A stretch of DNA of 64,000 nt, taken from assembly GCF_006345805.1 (NCBI RefSeq), contig NC_043000.1, positions 35,898,001-35,962,000 of the forward strand, read 5' to 3'. Below the pieces are notes generated by a model. The model was not told the origin of the DNA. It saw nothing but the letters and a program-made list of their open reading frames with translations, and did no database searches. The position numbers were made by a program, and so were the translations under genes. This DNA is from Octopus sinensis (lineage: Eukaryota). Below, in pieces: positions 13,153 through 25,626 of this stretch (the first letter of the stretch is position 1; the number at the start of each line of letters is the position of its first letter).

Positions 13153-13739
13153 CGCTATTGGAGACGCTGCCATTGATTGACGTGGAGGCCGAGGGGAAGA
13201 CGTTCAAGGCCCTCATGGATACGGGCTGTACGACCACCCTTGTGACTTCAAGGGTGACGAAGGAATGGAACAGGGCAAGTAGCGTCCGGGCGATCGACGG
13301 CAGCGAAATCCGTTGCAGAAGCAGCAGCAAGGTAGAGATAGTTGTGCGCGGCCCGACGCTAAGGCTGCAGGTAATTGTGGCTGAACGCGTGATAGATGGG
13401 GTTGATGTGGTGATGGAGATGGACGCCATCAACTGCCTCGGTGGCGTCAGTGTTGTGGGAAATGAGGTCACGTTCGGAAGCGTGGGGGCGTCGTGCACTG
13501 CGAGTCAGGATCGCCAGAGAGAGCAGAGCCCCGCGAGGGACTGCGCCGCTTACACCATCGAGGACAGACTTTCAGGCGGCGTTCGATGGTCAGCGGTGGA
13601 CGATAGAGTGGCGATGGAAGGACGAGCCCCCGACGCTGGAAAACAGGGTGAGCTGTTACCAGCATACCCTGAAAGGCCACGCCAGGGTCAAGTTTGAAGA
13701 CGAGGTGGAGAGGTGGATCGAGGAAGGGGTCCTTGTCCC
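13095..13739 (+). pseudogene. pol: pol remnant: aspartic protease, then frameshifted and truncated RT N-terminus
   Basis: ALMDTGCTTTLV catalytic motif; 1-nt frameshift near 13565; WTIEWRWK...EVERWIEEGVLVP ends abruptly at about 13739. Confidence 0.85.
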
Positions 13740-14072
13740 TCCACCATCCAACCGGGAGGGCGCCCTGCGCGTCGAGATCTTCTCAAGCTGGGTACCTCGT
13801 TCTCCCCCTCTCCAGAATCGTCGTCCGTCGAAGCGACAATCCTGCGAAGGTCCAAGACGTGTCGCGGCATTCCATCCACGGAGACGTTTTTTCTGGAATT
13901 GACCGCCGTCACCGTTCCTCTGCTCCATTGAGACGTACAGCGCGCCTTTGGTGGCTTAACCCAGACTTCCTCCCCTATTTTCACGCAAACGGGTTCCCTC
14001 TCTTCCTCGTGACCCTCTGGCGCTTTTCTCGGGTGCCTCCATTCATATTTGAATACAGCTCTCTGCGGCACA
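13740..14072 (-). pseudogene. Inverted integrase C-terminal segment
   Basis: Minus strand SVPQRAVFKYEWR...IGEEVWVKPPKARCTSQWSRGTVT...RHVLDLR...LRRSRRAGRPPGWM is a typical gypsy pol tail, antisense to gag. Confidence 0.85.
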
Positions 14073-14280
14073 GAGGTGCGCGCAGTGAGCGGTGATTTCT
14101 GCTGAACCAGGGTCGTCGACGTGTCAAGATGGGGGAAGACGTTGCTAAGGTTGGGTGAAGCACCTGCTATCTTTAGCGTTCGGGTCGGGGCTGTGTCGAA
14201 GGATCCGTTACCACTGAAGGGTCTCCATCGGAGCGAAGAGAAGGTAGGTGCCTTTATATTCGAATCGCGCACACACTACA
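14073..14280 (+). repeat. 3' LTR lacking its first 66 bp
   Basis: About 13-14 substitutions and a 4-nt indel versus the 5' LTR over about 210 bp. Confidence 0.92.
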
Positions 14281-14562
14281 GAAACGAAATGAAATTCAAT
14301 TGAATATATTTTCTTTTCTTTTAATACCTTCGTCTGAGAAAGATGAGCTACTGCCACGACAATTTTACTGGGAGTCTCAGAGTGGAAGCAGACTCCTGGC
14401 ATTATTATTTGCATCAGAATGAACTCTGCCAAAGGTATCTGATCGTGTCAGGTCTACTTATTAAACTCTATGTATGAGTTCTTGTGTCAATCAGCGAAGA
14501 AATCATTGTTATATTGAATATAATCGGAAGAATATATAACGAGAAACAATATGGTTGCAGTG

Positions 14563-14708
14563 AATATAACCGGAAGTGCGTATAACACAGAGCAAGGTGT
14601 TATAAACGTCAGCGATAAGAATGACGTCAGTAGTTTTAGTAAATATAACCGGAAGTGTATATAAAGCGGAGTATCAAAGACGTCAGCAAATAGGAATGGC
14701 GTCAGTAG
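14563..14708 (+). promoter_or_regulatory. 79-bp tandem unit with ETS, TATA-like and CRE motifs
   Basis: AATATAACCGGAAGTG at 14563 and 14642; TGACGTCA or ACGTCAG/GCGTCAG four times. Confidence 0.4.
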
Positions 14709-14809
14709 ATCTTGTGGAAACGCTAATGGTAAAATATTGCATTTAATGGTTCCTGCTAATGAAATTGTTATTGGTGTGTAAAGTAGCTAATGAGACTGAG
14801 CTAATTAAG

Positions 14810-15340
14810 GTGATGCTAATAGTAGTGGTGATGATGATGTTGTTGCTGGTGTCTTTGCGGCGATGGTGTTGGTTGTAGTTTAAGTAGCGTTGGCGATGGC
14901 GGCGGCGCTTTTAATGATGTTGGTGGTGGTGATGAAGATGCTAATGATTGTGATGGCGTTACTGATGTTTAAGATGCTAGAAATGGTTGTTGTTGTGCTG
15001 GTGCTGGTTCGGCGACCAATGGTGATAGTGGTGTTGGGGGTATTACATGTATTGGCGGTGTTGTTTGTTGCACTGTAGGGTAATGGTGAAGCAGTGTTGC
15101 AGGTGGTGTATTGTCGGGGGAGTAGTATTGATAACAACGTCGAGTTGTTGCTTGTGTAGTTTGGTGGTGTTATAGTTTTGGTCGTGTTGTGGTTTAGACA
15201 GTCCAGTGTTGTTGGTTTTGCTGTAGTATTTGCGGTGGTGTGGTATGGGTAGTGATGGTGTAGTGTTGGTGGCGACGTGGCGTACGAAGATAAAGTTGTG
15301 GCAGCGATTGTGGAATGCCCCACCACTAAAACAGGAACCT
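14810..15340. repeat. Degenerate GTT/GGT/GAT low-complexity tract
   Basis: Trinucleotide-derived composition; overlapping ORFs are artefacts. Confidence 0.8.
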
Positions 15341-15358
15341 CATTAACACAACTACACC

Positions 15359-15405
<47 letters not shown>

Positions 15406-16158
15406 AAGAGAGAGAGAGAGGGAGAGAAAGAAAGTGAGACAGAGAAAGCCACTACCCAGACTTCTGTCTTGGCTTCTCTCCTTCCCTTATGCACAACATA
15501 ACAGAACTACCGTTCTATTCTAAGAATTTCTTCAACTTTGCTATAAAGATTTACAATTCCTTTATGAATTATGTATTTCCAAATATAGAAATACATAATT
15601 CCTTCCTTAAAGACTTGCCTTTTATTGTTCTCTAAAAAGTCCGCTCACTGACGCACTCTATCTATTTTCATTACAAACACGTACTTCCTACGCAAGTAGA
15701 CGTGGCTTTTTTTACCACTTCTCACTCCCCCAGTGTATGTGTGTGCATGTGTGTTGTGGTATGATTTCCTCTCATTACACACTCCTGTTCTCAACACTTT
15801 TCAAATCTTTTGGGGATCCACTGTATTTTTTTTCTCAGACCGTGATGATTTCATCACTTCACCAAAAATTGTTACCTCACCTTCCTACCATATCTCCTCC
15901 CCACTCCTCCTCCTCTCCAGCCACGAGCATCCATTATTGTTTTTGTTCAAAAGCTATACTCCAAATCTTATCCGATATACATTATTTACATTTGATGGAT
16001 ATTTGCCCTCATCTTGTTTGTTGTTAACACACCGTTTGGGCTGATACACCGTCCTTCATCAGGTGTCTTGGAGAAATTTTGAACCTGGGTTCTCATTCCT
16101 AAGGTATTTTTGATGTTGCTGTTGTTATTGTTATTATTATTATTATTATTATTATTAA

Positions 16159-16231
16159 GGTCACTGCCTGGAATCGAACTCGGAATTTTGGAGATTGTAG
16201 CCCGCGCTCTTAACCACTACGCCATATGCCC
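16159..16231 (-). ncRNA. tRNA-like Pol III head (left arm)
   Basis: A-box TGGCGTAGTGG and B-box GAGTTCGATTCC on the minus strand. Confidence 0.75.
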
Positions 16232-16282
16232 GTAGGCAATTATGGAGTGAACTTTAGGGCTTATAAATCACTAATTGCCCAC

Positions 16283-16355
16283 GGGCATATGGCGTAGTGG
16301 TTAAGAGCACGGGCTACTAACTCCAAGATTCTGAGTTCGATTCCAAGCAGTGACC
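16283..16355 (+). ncRNA. tRNA-like Pol III head (right arm)
   Basis: A-box TGGCGTAGTGG at 16290-16300; B-box GAGTTCGATTCC at 16333-16344; anticodon arm GGGCTACTAAC resembles Ser(GCT); imperfect acceptor stem, so SINE head rather than tRNA gene. Confidence 0.75.
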
Positions 16356-16423
16356 GTAATAATAATAATAATAACATCAAAAAATACCTTAGGAATGAGA
16401 ACCCAGGTTCGAAATTTCCCCAA

Positions 16424-16469
16424 GACACCTGATGAAGGCTGGAGGGTATATCAGCCGAAACGTTGTGTT
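16424..16469 (+). ncRNA. Minimal type I hammerhead ribozyme
   Basis: GACAC CTGATGA A GGCTG-loop-CAGCC GAAAC GTT GTGTT. Stems I and II pair, stem III is palindromic ACGT, one extra A after the CUGAUGA box; predicted cleavage after 16464. Confidence 0.8.
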
Positions 16470-16565
16470 AACAACAAACAAGATGAGGACAAATATCCAT
16501 CAAATGTAAATAATGTAAATAATGTATATAATGTGCTCGGTTCTCATTCCAAAGGTATTTTTCGA

Positions 16566-16632
<67 letters not shown>

Positions 16633-16637
16633 CCCTC

Positions 16638-16710
16638 GGGTATATGGCGTAGTGGTTAAGAGCACGGGCTACAAACCTCAAGATTCCAAGTTCGATTCCA
16701 AGTAGTTACC
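16638..16710 (+). ncRNA. Third tRNA-like head of the same family
   Basis: Near-identical to 16283-16355. Confidence 0.7.
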
Positions 16711-16764
16711 GTAATAATAATAATAATAATAATAATGATGATGATGATGATGATGATGATAATG

Positions 16765-16807
<43 letters not shown>

Positions 16808-16810
<3 letters not shown>

Positions 16811-17617
16811 CTACAAGGAACTACCAGGCCAACATATTAAAGAACGGCAGTAGCCCAACATGTCGTGTATGTCAACAACGAAATGAAACCATTGATCATG
16901 TTGTCACCAAGTGCAGTCTTCTAGCGCCTACAGAGTATCTCAACAGGCATGATAGAGCTGCACAATATATTCACAGGGTAATTTGCAAAAGCCTGGACTT
17001 GCCCCATGATAAAAACCGGTGGGAACACAAACCACCTCCAGTGCTTGAAAATGACCACATCTCACTCCTCTGGAACTTCACCATTCAAACTGATAGAAAG
17101 ATAGACGCGAATAGGCCAGACATCATAGTAAAAGACTTCAGACAAAAAACATGCCTCCTCATTGATATGACTGTCCCAATCGATATAAACGTATCTGTCA
17201 AGACCTACCAGAAACTGAGCAAATATAAAGATCTGGAAATAGAAATCAGCAAAATGTGGAACCTGAAGACTAAAACAATACCTGTTGTCATAGGTGCCCT
17301 GGGAATGATAGCAAAAGGGGCTGATTGCTACCTAACTGAGATACCAGGAAACCCCAAAATGGCAGAAATTCAAAAGATAGTGCTCATGGGAACTGCTCAT
17401 ATCCTACGCAAAATACTTTCTTTGTAATCTCAAGGTTTAAAACAAACATAATTTTCGTATGTTTTTTTTTAGGCATTTACTAGTACAACACTTAGTACAA
17501 AACCAAATATATGGCACCCTAGGCATAACACCAACATGAACTTCCAACTTGTTGTCTCTTGAGGTCTCTGGGTGAGACTTGGAGCCAGTTTGTACAAATG
17601 TAAAGCAAAAGTCAAAC

Positions 17618-17620
<3 letters not shown>
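16808..17620 (+). mobile_element. 5'-truncated R4/Dong-clade LINE (zinc knuckle, restriction-like endonuclease, 3' UTR) in (AAT)n
   Basis: CRVCQQRNETIDHVVTKC, RHD, RPDII, KLSKYKDL; open to the stop at 17427; flanked by AAT arrays. Confidence 0.9.
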
Positions 17621-17673
<53 letters not shown>

Positions 17674-17789
17674 TAATAATAATAATAATAATAATGATGA
17701 TGATAATAATAATAATAATAATAATATTAATAATAATAATAGTAATAATAATAATAATAATGATGATGATGCTGATGATAATAATATAG

Positions 17790-18150
17790 TTTAACTTTAC
17801 TTGAAAAGAAAATTTCAAACAGTACACCGAATTGCTTGTCCAATGGTTATTCAGGAAGCTGTCAGCCTGATGGCGAAACATTTTCAAATGGCAGAATATC
17901 TTCCCCGAATACGAATCTGGAAGGTCACTTAAACGGGATTTGTCCAAAATTAAGCCCCCAAAGTTCACCACCACAACGACCAGTAAATCAAAAATGTAAA
18001 AGTACTAAATGGAACCGGGAAGAATATAAAGAAGTCATATATGCTTATTACTTTGCATTAAGTAGGTCAACCCAAGAGAAACACACCGCAAACTCCTACA
18101 GAATTTGGAGGAGCCGGAATCCAGCTAACAGACCAAACCTGGATGATAGA
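17790..18150 (+). mobile_element. 5' coding fragment of an R4/Dong-type LINE
   Basis: KWNREEYKEVIYAYYFAL...YRIWRSRNP resembles N-termini of this clade; follows an (AAT)n array. Confidence 0.6.
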
Positions 18151-18160
18151 TAAATGGTGT

Positions 18161-19162
<1,002 letters not shown>

Positions 19163-19187
19163 CTATCTCTCTCTCTCTCTATTTATG

Positions 19188-19233
<46 letters not shown>

Positions 19234-19239
19234 ATATAT

Positions 19240-19288
<49 letters not shown>

Positions 19289-19614
19289 TGGAGTAATACC
19301 GCGTCTGTTTTTTTTTCTTTCGCAATATCCAGCACCGAATGAATTGCAGCGCAGTGCAATTACACTAATATTTCCAGACAGTTATTGAATGAAAGCGTCA
19401 CTAGAAGAAAAATCTAAAGATTATTATTGGCCAATTGACTTGCATCAGATATGACCTGATCTAATACGACTAATTTTTTTTCTTCACTCCGGAGGCATTT
19501 TAAAGTATTATTCTTTTGTTTGTTTGGTTTTAGCAGACCACTTGATGACAAATATGATGATTTGAAACTAATTATAAATGTCACATTTAAAAAACAAAAA
19601 AACAAAAAAAAATG

Positions 19615-20100
19615 TTATTGACCGGACAAAAATATTTGAAATGTGTCAAAATGACATTGAATTAAAATTCTAGTTGTAGTAGTAGTAGGAGTAGTTGTAG
19701 TCGTCGTAATAAAAGTAGTAGTAGTAGTAGTAGTAGTAGTTATAATAATAATAATAATAATAATGATAATAATAATAATAATAGTGATAATGATAATAAT
19801 AATAATAATAATGATAATAATAATAATAATGATAATAATAATAATAATGATGATGATGATAATAATAATAATAATAATGATAATAATGATAATAATAATA
19901 ATAATGATGATGATAATAATAATAATAATGATAATATTAATAATAATAATGGTAATAATAATAATGATAATAATAATAATAATAATGATAATATTAATAA
20001 TAATAATAATAATAATATAATAATGATAATGATAATAATAATGATAATGATAATAATAATGATAATAATAATAATAATAATGATAATAATACAATGATAA
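19615..20100. repeat. (GTA)n then (AAT/GAT)n compound microsatellite
   Basis: Direct inspection. Confidence 0.95.
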
Positions 20101-20279
20101 AAACAGCAAAGGCGCAAAATGGAAAGCCTTATCTCAATTTTGTGATTGGTTTCGAAAAAAGGTAAAACGACTTCGTGAAACCTGATTCTGTCAACTCCCC
20201 GCCAATGTAGTTGTATATACGTACGTGTGTATATGTATATGCATCCATATATAGTCACACGCACACACACACAGACACA

Positions 20280-20316
<37 letters not shown>

Positions 20317-20412
20317 ACACACATACACACACACACACACACACCTACACACATATTTGTATAATATATATGAATATATATGTGTGTATGAATGTATGCG
20401 TGTATATATGTA

Positions 20413-21002
<590 letters not shown>

Positions 21003-21091
21003 ATTATTACGTATAAGGCTCGTCTTCCCATGCTGGCCACTTGATATGGTCGTTATTTTGAATAACGGGATTATCCTTATTTATATAAAAT

Positions 21092-21123
<32 letters not shown>

Positions 21124-21162
21124 TTTATGTATGTATGTAGTATGTATGTATGTATGTATATA

Positions 21163-21244
<82 letters not shown>

Positions 21245-21419
21245 CCATGTGAGTTAGAGGTTGTGAATCCAACCAACTAAGGGATAGTACCTATCCAATA
21301 TACTGCTGGTAGTGTACCCAATTATTAAATTATTAATAGCCAAGTGCTGGTTATTGCGTGGCAATTTTGCAATCGGGTGTCATGTATGTGCGGGGGTAAA
21401 AAAATGCTTTATCCTTAAC

Positions 21420-21812
21420 TTATACGGCAAAAAAGAAAATGGAGGGGATAGAAAAACGACATAAATCAGCCGGTAGACATTCTAGTATGTCTATTTATTC
21501 TAAAACATAAAGAAGTATTCTAAGAATACATACACATGCAAAGAATGTGTGCTACACACATATATGTACTAGTAATACATAAAAAAATTAAAAGATCAGT
21601 TCCTTTTAATAGTCGGCTACATCCGTAAGGAACTGGTCTTTTACTCTGTTATGTATTACTAGTACATATATAGTGTGTAGCATACAGTCTTTGCATGTGT
21701 ATGTATTCTTAGAATACTTCTTTATGTTTTAGAATAAATAGACATAATAGAATGTCTACCGGCTGATGTATGTCGCTTTTCTATCCCCTCCACTTTCTTT
21801 TTTGCCGTATAT
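21420..21812. mobile_element. Fold-back/MITE-like palindrome, ~185-bp arms and ~20-nt loop, TA-flanked
   Basis: TATACGGCAAAAAAG...CTTTTTTGCCGTATA; related fragment at about 6075-6190. Confidence 0.75.
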
Positions 21813-22009
21813 ATATATATGTGTATATATATATATGTATATCTATATATGTATGTATATATATAGAGAGAGAGAGAGTGAGAGTGAGTGTGTGAGAGAG
21901 AGAGAGGAGGCAGTTATGTTGATAAACAAATTAGATATATTAAATATAACAATGTGAGTATGAAATGCAATATATATATAACAGTACCGAATATTGTAAT
22001 AGCTTGCGA

Positions 22010-22180
22010 TTCAAGTGACTACAGATTTTTAATGCCTTAGCACAGAACATCAGGGATATGCAAGGTGTAGACATGGCAGTCTTCAAAAAAGGTATAGACA
22101 GTTTCTTAGCTGCAATACCGGATGAACCCACATCGCGGCAGGAGGCACAAAGAAGAGAGGTAACGTACAACTCGCTACTT
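22010..22180 (+). mobile_element. CR1-group LINE 3' end
   Basis: QIFNALAQNIRD...FKKGIDSFLAAIPDEP. Confidence 0.7.
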
Positions 22181-22250
22181 CACCAGAAGCAATACTGTAA
22201 AAATCCCCGGATGCAGTGAAGCCTTAAAAGATAATATATATATATAATAT

Positions 22251-22299
<49 letters not shown>

Positions 22300-22389
22300 G
22301 TATATACATACATACATACATGCATGCAAAATGAGAGAAAATAAAAAGTAGACACTTTCAGACGATGAATATTTAAGTAGAAATATATA

Positions 22390-22782
22390 GGCGGAGGAGT
22401 GATGTGTGGTAGGTAGCTTGTTTACCAACCACATGGTTCCGGGTTCAGTCCCACTGCGTGGCACCTTGGGCAAGTGTCTTCTACTATAGCCTCGGGCCGA
22501 CCAAAGCCTTGTGAGTGGATTTGGTAGACGGAAACTGAAAGAAGCCCGTCGTATATATGTATATATATATATGCGTGTATGTGTTTGTCCTCCTAGCATT
22601 GCTTGACAACCGATGCTGGTGTGTTTATGTCCCCGTTACTTAGCGGTTCAGCAAAAGAGACCGATAGAATAAGTACTGGGCTTACAAAAGAATAAGTCCC
22701 GGGGTCGAGTTGCTCGATTAAAGGCGGAGCTCCAGCATGGCCCAAGTCAAATGACTGAAACAAGTAAAAAAAAAAAAAAAAA
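22390..22782 (+). mobile_element. Family A SINE, near full length
   Basis: High similarity to 962-1356; A-rich tail. Confidence 0.85.
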
Positions 22783-23979
22783 GAAAAGGATGTTTATATT
22801 AATTGAGCCAACTTACACAAAGTAAAAATGACAGAGAAAATTTCATACACAAACTGTTATATTTAATATATCCAATTTGTTTATCCACATAACGGCCGCC
22901 ATATCTGTCCAACTCCATCGCTCTTATAACCATTCTTTACCCCGTAGAGCTGATCTCCTGTAAAGACATCGGAGTCTAAGTTTGAATCGTTGGAGCACTA
23001 CTAAGTGGTATGAAACATACGTACTCTCTCGTTCTCCTTTTGCCGAACCGATAATTTACGGTGACGTAAACACACCAACACCGGTTGTGGGGAACAAACG
23101 CAAAGAGGCAAATACATCTATCTACACACACACACACACACACACATACACACACACACACACATACACACAAATATGTACAGAGTGTTTGAGATGGTGT
23201 ACAGATATTGTATATATGAAGTAGGAGGCAGTCAGAAGTTTGGATAATACTTTATTAGCGCTTTCGTTCGTTCAACCGAAATTTTCAAGAGTAAATATAT
23301 ATATATATATACGACGTTTTTCTTTCATTTTCTGTCTACCAAATCAACTCACAAAGCTTTGGTCGGCCCGAGGCTATAGAAAAAGTTATTTGCTGAAGGT
23401 GCCATGCCGTGGAACTGAACTCGGAACCCTGTGATTGGGAAGCAAACTTCCTACAAACCACCCACGCCTATGCCTAATTGTGGAGTTAAAAGAGTTAAAC
23501 TTTAAACGAAGATGAGAGAACAAAACGGTTTTTTTTTCTGTTAGTAATTCTAGAATCGCTGATTAATTCACGAGTAGAATATGGCCTTAAGTTCTTAAAT
23601 GAAACATCCAACTTTAATTATCTCAACCAAGAAAAAAAAAAAAGGAAAAGAAAAAGAAGAGAACTGCTATAAACGCTTCCATCATACAATGGTCCTCGGC
23701 AACAAAAAAAAAAGTACTTTTGAAAGATTATGGTTCAAGGTTTAGAACGTTATCATTAATTTTTTTATAAAATAAATTGGGAAAATTTCGCATTAATATT
23801 GTGTCAGTTGGGCATTTGCTCCAATTCCACCTCGGCCAAAGCTGCAACGACAATGGAATGGGAGAAGAGAAAAGAAAAAGAGTGACGTAGTAAAGGTATT
23901 GCGTTTTGCTGTTTCTTTACCTCACATGATTCCACCCCTCCCGGTCTCTAAAGTATCTCCTTGTCCATTTAGCAATGCA

Positions 23980-24044
<65 letters not shown>

Positions 24045-24058
24045 CCTTGTGTATTCGT

Positions 24059-24135
<77 letters not shown>

Positions 24136-24339
24136 ACTACTACTACTACTACTACTTACATTAATGCATATATATATATATATATATATGAAGGTGTCGG
24201 CAACTCGGGCAGTCAACCTGTGCGCCATGAGCTAGTGGGCGATAAGGAGGGTGTGATAAAGACAAGGAAAATTCCCATGATCGTCAGCTTGTACACGCCG
24301 AAGCTCAGCTTACCAGGGCCGTCAGCAACCTTAGGGCCA

Positions 24340-24550
24340 TCCCTGATTAGGGTAGTGCATTCACGATCGCGAGATCATGGGTTCGATTCTCGGATCGGGC
24401 AACATGTTATTTTGAGCAAAACACTTCATTTCATCGTCCACTCAGCTGTAAATGGTTAACCCTGCCTCGGATTAGCCTTCCAATCAGATGGAAGTGCATC
24501 GTAATCAGCGATGTGTAACAACATCCAATAGTCTGGCCGATGCCGTGATA
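24340..24550 (+). mobile_element. Diverged tRNA/CORE SINE
   Basis: B-box GGGTTCGATTCTC then TTGAGCAAAACACTTCATTTCA. Confidence 0.55.
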
Positions 24551-24829
24551 TATTAATTTATATTAATATAATATAATGTTATTATATTTTAATTTTTATC
24601 AAATTACTTATTTCTTATTACAAAACGATAAAATTAAAACTAATTTTGAAAATAAAAATATTTATTACGTTAAAATAAAATTAAATAAAAAACTTCTTAT
24701 ATTAGCAATAAATGTGATATTATTTTCCAAAATTTTATCGGCATAATAACAATATACTCCATCGAAAATCTATCTCTGCAAATTTCATTAAAAAATGTTT
24801 TTCAGGAAGTTATAAAGAATAAAAATAGG

Positions 24830-25085
24830 TCTATGTATGTATGTATGTATGTATGTATGTATGTATGTATGTATGTATGTATGTATGTATGTATGTATGT
24901 ATATATGTATGTATATATGTATGTATATATGTGTATATATATGTATGTATGTGTGCATGTATGCATGTATATATGTGTATATATATGTATGTATGTGTGC
25001 ATGTATGCATGTATGTATGTACGTATGCATGTGGTATGTATGTGGTATGTATGTATGTATGTATGTATGTATGTATGTATGTATG

Positions 25086-25118
<33 letters not shown>

Positions 25119-25440
25119 ATGTGTGTGTACTTATGTAAGTGTGTATGTATATATGAATGTATGTGTGTGTATGTGTATGTGAGTGGGTGTGTATGTGTGT
25201 GTAAGTATGTATATGTGTGTGTATGCGTGGATGTGTGTGTATGTGTTTGTATGTATCTATGTAGGTATGTATGCGTGCGTATGTATGTGTGTAAGTATGT
25301 ATGTATGTATGTAATGTATGTATGTATGTTATGTATGTATGTGTGTGTATGTGTGTATGTATGTATGTATGTATGTATGTATGTATGTATGTATGTATGT
25401 ATGTATGTGTGTGTGTGTCTATGTATGCATACATGTATAT
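24830..25440. repeat. (TATG)n/(TG)n compound microsatellite
   Basis: Direct inspection; similar blocks at 27.0-27.4, 28.2-28.9, 32.0-32.3, 33.2-33.4 and 61.4-61.5 kb. Confidence 0.95.
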
Positions 25441-25553
25441 ACTGTTTCCATTTTTAATTTAGAAGAAATTGTGTCCGGTCATTGTTTTATTCTTTTATTT
25501 GTTGCAGTCATTTGACTGCGGCCTTGCTGGATCACTGCCTTCAAATATCTACG

Positions 25554-25626
25554 CTTCCCCGACGGGGAATCAAGCTCCGATCTGCCGCGTGACGGGCGGG
25601 GGTACTTACCACTATACTACCGAGAG
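25554..25626 (-). pseudogene. tRNA-Asp(GTC) pseudogene
   Basis: Minus strand CTCGGTAGTATAGTGGTAAGTACCCCCGCCCGTCACGCGGCAGATCGGAGCTTGATTCCCCGTCGGGGAAG aligns to metazoan tRNA-Asp; U33 and the T-loop are mutated. Confidence 0.8.

Larger units (their letters stand above)
12072..14280 (+). mobile_element. Defective Ty3/gypsy LTR retrotransposon, 2209 bp, with 5-bp target-site duplication GAAAC
   Basis: TGT...ACA termini; GAAAC at 12067-12071 and 14281-14285; gag with two zinc knuckles, DTG protease, RT start, integrase C-terminus; GC- and CpG-rich against an AT-rich background. Confidence 0.95.
15978..16517. mobile_element. Palindromic tRNA-head/(AAT)n/hammerhead element
   Basis: Arms 15978-16242 and 16272-16517 are inverted copies around a 29-bp spacer. 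Confidence 0.85.

Noticed and set aside
16283-16355. Functional tRNA gene
   Set aside because: The acceptor stem has mismatches, there is no T-run terminator, and three near-identical copies are embedded in a repeat; treated as a SINE-type head.
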